From Acidobacteriota bacterium (GTDB taxonomy: Bacteria > Acidobacteriota > UBA890 > WLXD01), in the NCBI GenBank assembly GCA_965248845.1, contig CBDFKO010000002.1:2450369-2514368 (forward strand): 64,000 bases of DNA. Reading direction: 5' to 3'. The notes below the pieces were generated by a model. That model made no database searches and was not told the origin of the DNA. It worked only from the letters and a program-made list of their open reading frames with translations. A program made the translations under genes and the position numbers. Shown one piece after another: positions 31,225 through 41,970 of the stretch (position 1 is the stretch's first letter; every line of letters starts with the position of its first letter).

Positions 31225-33424
31225 TCAGGAACGGCATGATTTGCTTCACCCGCTGACCGGCGATCTCGTCGGCCAAGTCGATCTCGAGCAGGTAGGCGCC
31301 CTCGCGCAGATCCTCAGGCAACTGCGCCTGCACCAACATGCTGGTGGCGTTGCTGTCGGCGTCGAAGTCGCGCGCCAGCAGCTCGATGCCGGCGACCTCG
31401 TGGATCTGCCCCAGCTCGTCGATGGCCCGCGCGTCGATCTTCGTGTGCACCTTGCCGGTGAACGGGTGGCGCGCCAGGTTGTGGGCCACGAGCATGAAGT
31501 AGCAGGAGCCACCCGGCTGGGTAAGCGTGTAGACCTGCGGCGTGACTTCCTGCTCGCCGATGACGAAGGGGTAGCCGATCGGCCCCCCGGCCCGGTGCTC
31601 GGGTGGCGCTGCCGCGTCGAAGCCCCGAATCAGCAGACCCGGATGGTCCCGATCGACCGGCACCGGCCCGCTGACCGTGACCGCCGTCGGGTTGCTCCAG
31701 CGCGGTACCTCGAGCGTCTCGGTGCGCGTGCTCAGCAGACCCACCTCCGCATCGCGAACCAGGACGCGGACCTCGTAGGTTCCCTCCGTGGCCCACAGCA
31801 GATCGTAGTAGCGGAAGGGCAATCCGGACAGCCGTCCGCCCATCCGTAGCATGTCCAGGCTGACACGACGGCTGAACAGGTCCCGCATCTGTCCCTTGTC
31901 GTCCATGATGTAGCCGAGGATGTCGAGCTCGGCGCGGTCGTCGGCGCGGGTCGCTGCGATCTGCTCGAGCTGCTGATAGGGAACCTCGACGACCACGGCG
32001 ACCCGGCTGACTCCTCGGTCACCGACGAAGGGCGTGACCCGCACGTCGAAGGTCAGGTTCTCCTCGTCGAGCCCCTTGGTGATGAACTCCGACAGCTGCA
32101 GCTGGCGCTGCGCGTCGTCCATGTCCGTGTAATCGGGGGGCGGCGCCAGGCGCTGCGGCGCCGCCACGATCCGCGCGCCCTGCCGCAGGACCTCGACGTC
32201 GATGTCGACCACAGGAGGATCGTCTTTCTCCTTGCGGTAGGCGATCACGTAGTACTGGCTCGTATTCTCGGCCAGGTCGACCAATGCGGGCAACAGCTCG
32301 TTCTGATTCCACGACATGGTGCCGTTGGTGCCGTTGGCCAGGTAGGAGAGGCCCTGCCTGCCCGAGGTGTGGGTCTTGAAGGTGTCGTCGAACGCCTGGG
32401 AGTCCAGGCCCGACACGTCGAATGCGTGAAGGACAGTGTCGGAGGCCAACAGGTTCTCGAGCGCATTGGAGAGGCTCTGGCGCAGGTCGGCGCTCCCGAA
32501 GCGCTCCTCCGAGTTGACCGCGAAGGCCAGACCATCCTCGATCAGCTGCGTATCCTCCGCCAGCTCGTCGAGGCTCTTGCCGGAGAGCACCTTGTCGTCG
32601 AAGCCGGCGGAAAAGAGCAGCACGTGCTTGCGCCCGCGCGTCGCCTTGAGCATGTCGCCGAGCGCTTCGAGCTGGTCGGCGTAGTTGACCACCTCGTCGC
32701 GGTAGCGGCGAAAGTCGGCGGCGTAGGTATCGGCGAGCTCGGCAAACAGCGTCGCCTCGATGAGGGTCTGGAGCTGGGCGCGCGTCGTCTGGACGTCCTG
32801 CGCGAAGGCCACGTTCGACGTCTCCATCTCGAGCATGTCGGACAGCGGTGCCACCGCGAAGCCGGCCGGATCGACGATGAAGCCCGACCGGTTCAGACCG
32901 AACCCCTGGAGAGCGCTGATCACCTGCGACCGGTCGCCGGTGAAGGGCGAAACCAGTTGCAACCCGCCGGCAGTGCTATAGGTGGCGACGCCGATCAGGT
33001 CGTTCGGGTGGGTGTGCCGCTGTACGAACTCCAGCGCCGACTCCTGGGCTCGGAGCAGACCGCGCTTGGTCGAGAAGCTGAAGTCGAAGAAAAGGAGGAA
33101 CTGGCGCCAGCCGGCGGCCGGGATGAAGTCGTCGATATCCGGATCCGGGTTGGCTCGCAGGTCGATCTCGTAGACCGTCGTGATGTCACGCACGCGCCCG
33201 TCGACACGCAGGATGAAGTCGTCCCCGGTCAGCCGCGGGATATGGAAGCCGCGCGAGTCGGCGATCGCCACCTGCATCTGCACGACCTCGACGGTGGTGC
33301 GGAACTGCGGTCGATCCTGTGCCGCCGCGGAGCCGCCGGCGGCCGTGGTCACGGCCACCAGGGCGATCGCGGCGGTCGCTCCGCGCGCACCTCGGCTGAT
33401 GATCCTGCGCTCTCGATCGTGCAC
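31196..33424 (-). CDS. Acidobacterial VWFA-related domain protein with C-terminal Ig-like domains
   Basis: QDRPQFRTTVEVVQMQV..GFHIPRLTGDDF; FFDFSFS (MIDAS DxSxS); GRKHVLLFSAGF; LANGTNG..YYVIAY. GTG start after GGAGG. Confidence 0.9.
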   Translation of the reverse strand: MHDRERRIISRGARGATAAIALVAVTTAAGGSAAAQDRPQFRTTVEVVQMQVAIADSRGFHIPRLTGDDFILRVDGRVRDITTVYEIDLRANPDPDIDDFIPAAGWRQFLLFFDFSFSTKRGLLRAQESALEFVQRHTHPNDLIGVATYSTAGGLQLVSPFTGDRSQVISALQGFGLNRSGFIVDPAGFAVAPLSDMLEMETSNVAFAQDVQTTRAQLQTLIEATLFAELADTYAADFRRYRDEVVNYADQLEALGDMLKATRGRKHVLLFSAGFDDKVLSGKSLDELAEDTQLIEDGLAFAVNSEERFGSADLRQSLSNALENLLASDTVLHAFDVSGLDSQAFDDTFKTHTSGRQGLSYLANGTNGTMSWNQNELLPALVDLAENTSQYYVIAYRKEKDDPPVVDIDVEVLRQGARIVAAPQRLAPPPDYTDMDDAQRQLQLSEFITKGLDEENLTFDVRVTPFVGDRGVSRVAVVVEVPYQQLEQIAATRADDRAELDILGYIMDDKGQMRDLFSRRVSLDMLRMGGRLSGLPFRYYDLLWATEGTYEVRVLVRDAEVGLLSTRTETLEVPRWSNPTAVTVSGPVPVDRDHPGLLIRGFDAAAPPEHRAGGPIGYPFVIGEQEVTPQVYTLTQPGGSCYFMLVAHNLARHPFTGKVHTKIDARAIDELGQIHEVAGIELLARDFDADSNATSMLVQAQLPEDLREGAYLLEIDLADEIAGQRVKQIMPFLITGAAVTER

Positions 33425-33595
33425 GGTTGACCTCCCTCGCACCGCCGGTCCGAGATCTTGCGTGGACGCGACCCGCGCCGCCGAGCCGGGGCAGCGAGGT
33501 CTAGGGGAGCGATCCTCGTGAGCCTGAAGCATATCCCAACGGGTATCCTCGACCCCAGTCCGAGCGCCGACCGGCTGGCGACGATCCGCCAAGCC

Positions 33596-35365
33596 TCAGG
33601 TAAGCGGCCAGACGAGCGGCACGAGCAGGAGCAGGACCACCAGGGTGATTGCCGTCATCGGCAGCCCCGCGACGATGAAGTCCCGGAACCGGTACTTGCC
33701 CGGCGCAAAGACCAGGAGACAAGCGGGCTCGAGCGGCGCGACGAAGGACAGCGACGCCGACAGCGTCACCAGGATTGCCAGCGAGCGCGGCTCGACCCCC
33801 ATCTGGTGCGCCGTCGAGATCGCCACGGGCAGCATGACGAGCGCCGCCGCGGCGTTCGACATCGGCTGAGTCAGCGCCATCGTCACCAGCGCAAACACGG
33901 CCATCGTCACGGTCAGGCCGAAGGGCGCGATCCACTCGGTGATGGCCGAGGCGATCAGGTCGGCCGTGCCGGTCTTCTGCAGGGCCAGCCCCATCGAGGT
34001 CATGCCGCCGATGAGCACCACCAGCGGCCACTCGACCATGCCGTAGATCTGGTCGGCCCGGATGACCCCGGCGAGCACGATGCCGAGCACCGCCAGCAGC
34101 ATGGCGATCGACAGCGGTAGCCAACCCGCGCCGCCCACCGCGACCGCCGCCAGCACCGCACCCAGCGTCAGCATCCCCTTGCGGCGGCGAAAGCGCATGT
34201 GAGCGACCTCGCCCAGGACCCAGACGTCGCGGTTGGCCCCGAGCAACTCGAGCTGCTCCTTGCTCCCCTGCAGCAGCAGCACGTCGCCCACCGCCAACGG
34301 GAGCCGGCCAACGGTCACCGGGCGGGCGTGGCCGCGTCGGTGGACCGCGAGCACCGAAACCCCGTAGCGCTCGCGCAGGCGTAGCTGGGTGAGCGTGCGC
34401 CCGGCCAGCGAGGAGCGGGGCAGCACGATGGCCTCCGCGAGCCCGACGTCGGCGTCGGTCAGGTCGGAGTCGTCCCAGGCGCGGGCAGCCTCGAGCGACA
34501 GGCCGGGAATGTCGTGAGCCTGCAGCAGGGCATCCCGGTTCGCCTGCACCACGAGAACGTCGCCCGCCTGCAGACGCTCGCCCGGCCCCGGAAAGATGTG
34601 GCGCTCACCGCGCAGGATCGCCAGCACCTTGACCCCCGCCTCGGCAAGCGGGGCGTCGCGCAGCGTCTGCCCGACCAGATCGGAGTCGGGATCGAGCACG
34701 ACCTCCGACAGGTAGCGCGCGATCTCGTACTCGGCGCTGAGGCTGGTGCCGGCACGCTGCGGGAGCAGGCGTCTGCCGATCGTGACCATGTAGAGGGTGC
34801 CGATCAGCGTCATGGCCAGGCCGACCGGCAGGAACTCGAACAGGGAGTAGGGCTCGAGCCCGGCGCGCTGTAGAAACCCGTTCGCCGCGAGGTTCGTCGA
34901 GGTGCCGATCAGCGTCGCGGCGCCACCCAACATCGAGGCGTAGGCCAGCGGGATCAGCAGGCGGCTCGGGCTCAGGCCGGCGCGACGGGTGTACTCCATG
35001 ACGGCGGGCAGCAGCACTGCCGTCACGTTGGTGTTGCTGAGAAAAGCCGACAGCCCAGCGCTCATCGACATGACGAGGCCCACGCCCCGACCCTCGCCAT
35101 CGCGGGCCCGGCGGTACAGCTCGTTGCCCAGCCACTCCATGATCCCGGTGCGGACGAGCGCCCCCGAGAGCACGAAGATCGAGCACAGCACGAGGATGAA
35201 CTCGTTGGCGAAGCCCGCGAAGGCCTCCTCCGGCGACAGGATTCCGGCGACCACCAGGATGACCACGAGCGCTACCGCCACCACGTCGATGGCAACCCAC
35301 TCGGTGGTCAGCACCACCATCACGCCGCCGAGCAGCAGCAGCAGCAGCCAGGAGTCCGCACCCAT
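33596..35365 (-). CDS. SLC13/CitMHS family permease with TrkA-C domains
   Basis: SAFLSNT, PSRLLIPLAYASMLGG..LIGTSTNL, two TrkA-C repeats, MSNAA, PGKYRFRDF. Confidence 0.93.
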   Translation of the reverse strand: MGADSWLLLLLLGGVMVVLTTEWVAIDVVAVALVVILVVAGILSPEEAFAGFANEFILVLCSIFVLSGALVRTGIMEWLGNELYRRARDGEGRGVGLVMSMSAGLSAFLSNTNVTAVLLPAVMEYTRRAGLSPSRLLIPLAYASMLGGAATLIGTSTNLAANGFLQRAGLEPYSLFEFLPVGLAMTLIGTLYMVTIGRRLLPQRAGTSLSAEYEIARYLSEVVLDPDSDLVGQTLRDAPLAEAGVKVLAILRGERHIFPGPGERLQAGDVLVVQANRDALLQAHDIPGLSLEAARAWDDSDLTDADVGLAEAIVLPRSSLAGRTLTQLRLRERYGVSVLAVHRRGHARPVTVGRLPLAVGDVLLLQGSKEQLELLGANRDVWVLGEVAHMRFRRRKGMLTLGAVLAAVAVGGAGWLPLSIAMLLAVLGIVLAGVIRADQIYGMVEWPLVVLIGGMTSMGLALQKTGTADLIASAITEWIAPFGLTVTMAVFALVTMALTQPMSNAAAALVMLPVAISTAHQMGVEPRSLAILVTLSASLSFVAPLEPACLLVFAPGKYRFRDFIVAGLPMTAITLVVLLLLVPLVWPLT

Positions 35366-35422
35366 GCGCCAGAGTCTGGCACAGGCGGGCGACCGGTGGG
35401 TCGGACCGACCGGGGCCTTCGG

Positions 35423-35995
35423 CTATTCGAGCAGCCCCAGCTTGCGAAGTTGCTCGGGCGGACAGCCCTCCCACCGGGGGGCGAAGACGTTGCCGATGTA
35501 TTGCAAATCCTCGACGCCCATGCGACTCGACCAGAAGCCGCTCGCCACCAGGTCGCGGAAACGGTTGAAGAAGGCGACCCCGTGCCGCACCCGGCCCGGA
35601 GCCCGATCGGGCCAGGCGATCTCGTCCAGAAACTCGATTCGCTGCGCCTCGTCGCAGTCGGCGAAGCGCTGGTCGAACCGATCGAGCGACTCATAGTCGA
35701 GCCAGGCCAGGCCGCCACGGATCGGCACGGCCTGATCCTCGTACTCTGACAGCATGAAGTCGATGAACTCCGGCACGCCCGCGTCGGAGGCGCTGCCCGA
35801 GCGCTCGTCGGCCGGCAACACCATGTCGGCGAGCAGCCGCACGGTCCGCATCTCACGTTCCGTGAAGAACAAACGGTCCACTTCCTGGGGCGCCGCCTCG
35901 AAGGCCGAGCGGGCGCGGGCCACCTCGGCCGGGCCCAGTGTGGCCACGGCGGAGGCGGTCGCCAGCAGACGCAGGGCTTCGCGGCGGCTGATCAC
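35423..35995 (-). CDS. Gluconate 2-dehydrogenase subunit 3 family (Tat-exported)
   Basis: SRREALRLL Tat motif; LPADERSGSASDAGVPEFIDFM; FFNRFRDLVASGFWSSRMG. Confidence 0.92.
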   Translation of the reverse strand: MISRREALRLLATASAVATLGPAEVARARSAFEAAPQEVDRLFFTEREMRTVRLLADMVLPADERSGSASDAGVPEFIDFMLSEYEDQAVPIRGGLAWLDYESLDRFDQRFADCDEAQRIEFLDEIAWPDRAPGRVRHGVAFFNRFRDLVASGFWSSRMGVEDLQYIGNVFAPRWEGCPPEQLRKLGLLE

Positions 35996-37689
35996 GACAG
36001 CTCTCCCTTGCCGGCGGCCTGAGCGATGTACTCGCTGCTGCGCAGCGCCAGCGCCAGGATCGTCCAGGTCGGGTTCTTGTCGGGCTGCGAGGCAAAGGGA
36101 CCCGCGTCGGCGACGAAAAGGTTCTTCACATCCCAGGCCTGGCAGAACGAGTTGAGCACCGAGGTCCGGGCCGAGTGGCCCATGCGGGTAACGCCGAGCT
36201 CGTGGATGATGCGACCGCCGGCGGCGATCCCGTAGCCGCTGCTGCGGCTCGGCTGGTCCCACAGCGGCGTCCCGCCCATGGTGTGAATCAGCTCGCGGAA
36301 GGTCTCGTGCATGTGTCGCGCTTGGCGGATCTCGTGATCGCTCCACTCGAAGTGGAAGCGCAGCACGGGAATCCCCCACCTGTCCACCACGCCCGGATCG
36401 ATCTCGCAATAGGAGTTGTCGTTGGGGATCATCTCGCCGCGACCCGAGAAACCCACGGTGGCCCCGTAGACGCTCCGGTACCGGTCTTTGAGGTCCTTGC
36501 CGTAGCCGCCGCCTCCGGGATAGCGGTGGATCCCGCCGAGAACGCCGTGCCCGGGCAGCCCGCGGCCACCCCACATTTCGATGTGGTAGCCGCGCGCGAA
36601 GTCGAGCTGCCGGTTGTCGATCCACCAGGGCATGTACAGGTGGGCGCCGCCGGCGCCGTCCTCGTTGTGCGGGATGCCGTCGGCCAGCGCGGGGATGTAG
36701 CCCATCATGTCGGTGCCGACGGTGTCGGTCAGGTAGCGCCCGACCGCGCCGCTCGAGTTGGCCAGCCCGTCGGGGAAAAGGCGTGACTTGGAGTTGAGCA
36801 GCAACCGCGCGGACTCGCAGGCACTCGCGGCCAGCACCACGGCGCCTGCCCGAACCTGCATCTCCTGACCCGTTGCCTTGTCGACGTAGGAGACGCCGCT
36901 GGCGAGCCCGCGATCGTCGAGAGTCACCTCCCGCGCCATGGCACCGGTGATGATCTTCAGGCGGCCGGTCGCGAGCGCCGGCGGCAGCAGCACCGACGGG
37001 CTGGAGAAGTTCGAGTGGGTACCGCATCCCCGTCCGCACTGACCGCAGTAGTGACACGCCAGGCGGCCGTTGAGCGAGTGAGTGAGAATCGACAGACGCG
37101 ACGGGATGCAGGTGACCGCCAGCTTGTCGGCGGCCCGTTTCACCAGCTTCTCCCAGCATCGAGGCTCCGGTGGGTCCATGAAGATCCCGTCGGGGGCGTT
37201 GGGCAACCCCTCGACGCTGCCGAAGATCCCGATCTCACGATCGATGCGGTCGTAGTAGGGCGCCATGTCCGCGTAGCTGATCGGCCAGTCGTCGCCAAGA
37301 CCATCCTTGCTGCGCGGCTTGAAGTCATCGGGGCCGAAGCGCAGTGAGATGCGTCCCCAGTGGTTCGTCCTACCACCCAGCATGCGCACCCGGAACCAGT
37401 CGAAGCGCTCGCCGTCGGCAACCGTGTACGGCTCGCCCTCGAGCGACCATCCGCCGATACCGGCGTCGAGCTCGCCGAATTGGCGCTCCGGAGTCGCGGC
37501 TCCACGCCGGGGCGACTCATACGGCCACTCGAGCATGGCCGTATCGGTCTCGGTGTCCCACCAGCCGCCGGCCTCGAGCATCACCACGCTGGCGCCGGCC
37601 TCGGTCAGCACCTTGGCGGCCATGCCGCCCCCGGCGCCGGAGCCGATGACGCACACATCGAACAGTTCGGGCGAGCGGATCACCTGCAT
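35992..37689 (-). CDS. GMC family oxidoreductase (glycoside 3-dehydrogenase-like)
   Basis: VIGSGAGGG, LGGRTNHWGR, CHYCGQCGRGC, IIHELGVTRMG, KNPTWTILAL. Confidence 0.95.
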   Translation of the reverse strand: MQVIRSPELFDVCVIGSGAGGGMAAKVLTEAGASVVMLEAGGWWDTETDTAMLEWPYESPRRGAATPERQFGELDAGIGGWSLEGEPYTVADGERFDWFRVRMLGGRTNHWGRISLRFGPDDFKPRSKDGLGDDWPISYADMAPYYDRIDREIGIFGSVEGLPNAPDGIFMDPPEPRCWEKLVKRAADKLAVTCIPSRLSILTHSLNGRLACHYCGQCGRGCGTHSNFSSPSVLLPPALATGRLKIITGAMAREVTLDDRGLASGVSYVDKATGQEMQVRAGAVVLAASACESARLLLNSKSRLFPDGLANSSGAVGRYLTDTVGTDMMGYIPALADGIPHNEDGAGGAHLYMPWWIDNRQLDFARGYHIEMWGGRGLPGHGVLGGIHRYPGGGGYGKDLKDRYRSVYGATVGFSGRGEMIPNDNSYCEIDPGVVDRWGIPVLRFHFEWSDHEIRQARHMHETFRELIHTMGGTPLWDQPSRSSGYGIAAGGRIIHELGVTRMGHSARTSVLNSFCQAWDVKNLFVADAGPFASQPDKNPTWTILALALRSSEYIAQAAGKGELS

Positions 37690-37715
37690 GGCGGGCAATC
37701 CTAGCAGCCAGGCTG

Positions 37716-39243
37716 CTAGCGCCGTAGGATGCGCCCCGGGCGCTCGCCGGTGACCATGGTGCCGTCCCAGACCCGTACCCCGTTGACCCACACCTGCTCG
37801 ATGCCCAGCGAGGTGGTGTGGGGCGCATCGGTGGTGGCGCGATCGACCACCCGTTCGGGATCGAACACGACCAGGTCGGCAAACTGGCCGACGGCGATAC
37901 GACCGCGATCGGCAAAGCCCATGTGCTCGGCGGCCAAGCTACTGGCCTTGCGCACCGCCTCCTCGAGACGGATCACGCCACGCTGGCGCACGTACCGCCC
38001 CAGAATGCGCGGGAACGAGCCATAGCCGCGTGGATGCGTGCCGTGCAGTGCCCCGTCGGTGCAGAAGTTGCTGTGGGGCCAGGCGATCAAGCGCTCGATA
38101 TCCGACTCGCTCATGCTGGTGCCAATGACGCTCTCCACCGGGCCGCCCGAGTCGAGCTGGGCGCGCGCCGCCTCGGCCGCCTGGATCAGGGCTAGCAAGG
38201 CGACCGCTGGCTCTTCGTCGCGAAGCTCGGCGATCTGTGCCAGCGTCTTGCCGGCGTACGCGGGTTCGGGAAGGTAATCGACGATCAGTGCGCCCTCCGG
38301 CGGCATGACCTGATCGAGAACGTAGCGCGCCTCCTGCAGGTCGTCGAAGTTACGCTGCGGGAACAGGACCGTGAGCGTCGATTGCCAGTAGGGGTAGGGA
38401 TATACGTCGGCGGTCACCTCGATGCCCTCGGCCCGCGCGGCATCGAGAATCGCCAGCGCGGTGCCGGCCTCGCCCCACAGCCCCTTCATGGCGAGCTTCA
38501 TGTGGCTGACCTGCACTGGAATGTCGGCCTCGCGCCCGATACGGATGATCTCGTCGAGCGACTCCCAGAAATAACGGTCCTCGCTGCGCATGTGGCTGAT
38601 GTAGCGCCCGCCCTGCGCGGCGGCGACACGCGCCAACTCCATCACCTCGCTGGTCGCTGCGTAGATCCCGGGGTCGTACTCCAGCCCGGTCGAGAGCCCC
38701 AGCGAACCGGTATCCAGGTCGGCGCGCAGCAGCTCGGTCATTCGGCCGATCTCCTCCGCGGTGGCCGGCCGCCGATAGTCCTGCCCCATGACCTTGGAGG
38801 CGCAGTGTCCCGTGACCGGTGTACGACGCCAGGTTGACCGCGGCCGGCGTTGCGTCGAGGGCCGAGAACAGATCGGCCAACGGCAGCTGCGAGCCACCGT
38901 CGTTGCCGACCGCGAGGGTGGTGATGCCCTGGCTGACGGCGGCCTCGGCAGGGTGCTCGGTGAGCTGCCCGTCGGCGTGACTGTGGGTATCGATGAATCC
39001 CGGCGCCAGCACCAGGCCGCCGACATCGACCACCGGCTCGCCTGCGGCCGGGGACAACTCGCCGACCTCGTGGATGCGGTCCTCGACAATGCGTACGTCG
39101 GCCTCGAAGGGCTCGTTGCCATTGCCGTCGATGACACGCGCGTTGACGAACAGCAACGCTCCCGGAATCCCGGGCGCCGGGTCCAGGCAGGCGACCGCCG
39201 CCAACAACGCGGCGACGGTGGCGGCGACGCTCAGACGTCGCAC
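37716..39243 (-). CDS. N-acyl-D-amino-acid deacylase / amidohydrolase lipoprotein (frameshift ~38797)
   Basis: APGFIDTHSH in one frame; GLSTGLEY, SHMRSE, HPRGYGSFPR, ADLVVFDP in the next. One extra base joins them. Confidence 0.88.
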
Positions 39244-39992
39244 AGCTGTACGGCCGCCCGTAGCGAGGCGATCTTGTCGTCGGCCTTCGGGATGAACTCG
39301 TGGGCGAAGTAGCCGTCGAACCCCGTGGCCAGGATTGCCTCGACGATCGCCGGGTAGAAGAGCTCCTGGGTCTGGTCGATCTCGTTGCGCCCGGGTACAC
39401 CACCCGTGTGGTAGTGGGCGATGTGCTCGTTGTTGTCGCGGATCGTCCGAATCACATCTCCTTCCATGATCTGCATGTGGTAGATGTCGTAGAGCAGCTT
39501 CACCCGAGGCGAATTGACGGCAGCGATGATCTCGACACCCCAGGGGGTCGTGTCGCCGATGTAGCCGATGTGGTCGACCTTGCTGTTGAGCATCTCGACC
39601 ACGATGGTCACGCCGTGATCCTCGGCGACGCTCTTGCACCGATCGAGGCAATCGATGCTGTTGCGGATGGCCGTACCATCACGCATCGAGTCGACGCGAT
39701 CACCGAAGAAGCAGATCACGTTGGGCACCCCGGCGACGGCCGCCGCGGGTATGTGGCGCCGAAATGCCTCGACGATGGCGTCGTGGTGACGCCGGTCGTT
39801 GAGCCCGTTACGAATGGTCCCGGCGCCCACGTCGCCGATGGAGACCACGAGGCCATGCGCATGGGCGACCGGCCATTCCTCGACCCGGAGCAGGTCGATC
39901 GCCGGCATGCCGAGCCCGGCGACGGAGGCACAGAGGCTATCGAGCCCGATATCGGAATAGCACCAGCGCGCCACCGATTGATTGAAGCCACC
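39231..39992 (-). pseudogene. Hydroxypyruvate isomerase-like (Hyi/AP endonuclease 2 TIM barrel), 5' end missing
   Basis: FNQSVARWCY, EMLNSKVDH, LLYDIYHMQIMEGD, HYHTGGVPGRNE, HEFIP. No start or signal peptide before the junction at ~39990. Confidence 0.8.
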
Positions 39993-40299
39993 AGCCCCAG
40001 CCGATCCTCCGGGGAGCAGTCGACGAAGTCGTGAGCGAGGCGCTCGTTGGCGCGCGCATCGACCGGTGGAGACCTTCGACCACGAGGTGGCCGAGCTCAT
40101 GCTCGCCGACCGTGCCACCCTCGCCGACGAATCCCTCGAGGGCTCCGAGCCGCAGGCACCCAAGCACTTCTTCTACCAGATGAAGCGCCTGACGATGCTG
40201 GGCTACTTCACCTCCGAGCCGGGCATGGTCCAGAGCCTGCGCTTCAACCCCTTCCCGGGCCGCTGGGACCCCTGCATGGTCGTGGAGGAAAGCCGATGA
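39988..40299 (+). pseudogene. Gluconate 2-dehydrogenase subunit 3 remnant (5' missing, 39988-40063 inverted)
   Basis: Plus strand VETFDHE..HFFYQMKRLTMLGYFTSEPG; the preceding residues DARANERLAHDFVDCSPEDRLGLV lie on the minus strand. Confidence 0.75.
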
Positions 40300-41970
40300 A
40301 GCGCTGGGACGCGATCGTTATCGGCACCGGCATCACCGGCGGCAGGGCCGCCAAGGAGCTGACCGAGGCGGGACTCGAGACCCTGGTGCTCGAGGCCGGC
40401 CCCATGATCGTGCCGGAGCGTGACTACGTGGAGCACGTGCCCCCCTGGGAGCAGCAGTTCCGCGGGCTCCGGAACCAGCGGCGCCAAGCCGACCGGCAGT
40501 CGGTGCAGCGACGCTGCTACGCCTGCGACGAGCTCGCTGAGAAGTTCTTCGTCGACGACGTCGACAACCCTTATACGGTTCAGGACGGCAAGCCGTTCAC
40601 CTGGATCCGCGGCCGCCAGGTCGGGGGCAAGTCGATCATGTGGGCGCGGCAGAGCTACCGCATCGGCGACATCGACTTCACCGCCCCCCAGCGCGATGGC
40701 ATCGGCATCGACTGGCCCGTGCGCTACGCGGAGATGGCGCCCTGGTACGACCACGTCGAGCGCTTCGCCGGGATCAGCGGCCGCAACGAGGGACTATCGC
40801 AACTGCCCGACGGCCAATTCCTGCCCGCCATGCCCCTCAACTGCGTCGAGGAGCACGCGCGCGGCGCAATCGCCGCCAAGTGGCGCGGCGAGCGCACTCT
40901 GACCTCGGGGCGTACGGCGGTGCTGACCCAGGCACACAACGGCCGCGCGGCCTGCCACTACTGTGGTCCCTGCCACCGCGGCTGCATCACCCGCTCCTAC
41001 TTCTCGAGCCTCAACGCCACCCTGCCGGCGGCGCAGGCGACGGGCAAGATGACCTTGCGGCCTGACAGCGTCGTGCGCGCCGTGAGCTGGAAAGACGGTC
41101 GGGCCACTGGCGTGGTGGTGATCGATCGAGAGAGCCACGAGGTGCTCGAGTTCGAGGGCAAGGTGGTAATCATCGCCGCCTCGACGCTCGAGTCGACCCG
41201 CATACTGCTCAACTCTGGCAACGCCGAATTCCCCGACGGCCTGGCCAACTCGAGCGGCGCCCTCGGCCACTACCTGATGGACCACACGATGAGCGTCGGC
41301 GCGGCCGGAAGCTTCGACGGCTGGGAAGACCGCACGACCTTCGGCAACCGTCCCAACGGCGCCTACATCGCCCGCTTTCCGCAACGTCACCGACCAACGC
41401 CCCGACTTCGTGCGCGGCTATGGCTATCAGGGCTCGGCCTACCGGTCCGATTGGAACCGGGGGGTCGCCGAGGCCGGTTTCGGAGCCGCCTTCAAGCACG
41501 CCATGGCGCGTCCCGGCCCGTGGCGCATGTCGCTTGGCGCCTGGGGTGAGTGTCTCCCCTACTACGACAACCATGTCGAGATCGATCCACAGGTCGAGGA
41601 CGCGTGGGGAATCCCGGTACTGCGCATCCACATGGACTGGCGCGACAACGAGCTGATCATGCAGCGCGATGCCGCCGAGCAGGCCGCCGAGATGCTGGAG
41701 GCCGCCGGAGCCAAGGACGTCGAGATGCGCACGGTCGGAACCGAGCCGGGCCTGTGCATCCACGAGATGGGCACGGCACGCATGGGGCGCGATCCGCGGA
41801 CCTCGGTGCTCAACGGTCACAACCAGTGCTGGGACGTCCCCAACCTGTTCGTCGTCGACGGCGCGGCGATGACCACGACCGCCTGCCAGAACCCGTCGCT
41901 CACCTACATGGCGTTCACGGCGCGTGCCTGCAACCACATCGTCGAGCGGATGAAGCGCTTCGAACTCTAG
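40296..41970 (+). CDS. GMC family oxidoreductase (frameshift ~41378)
   Basis: IGTGITGG, GGKSIMWARQ, CHYCGPCHRGC, then IHEMGTARMG, QNPSLTYMA after a +1 T in CGCTTTCCGC. Confidence 0.9.
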
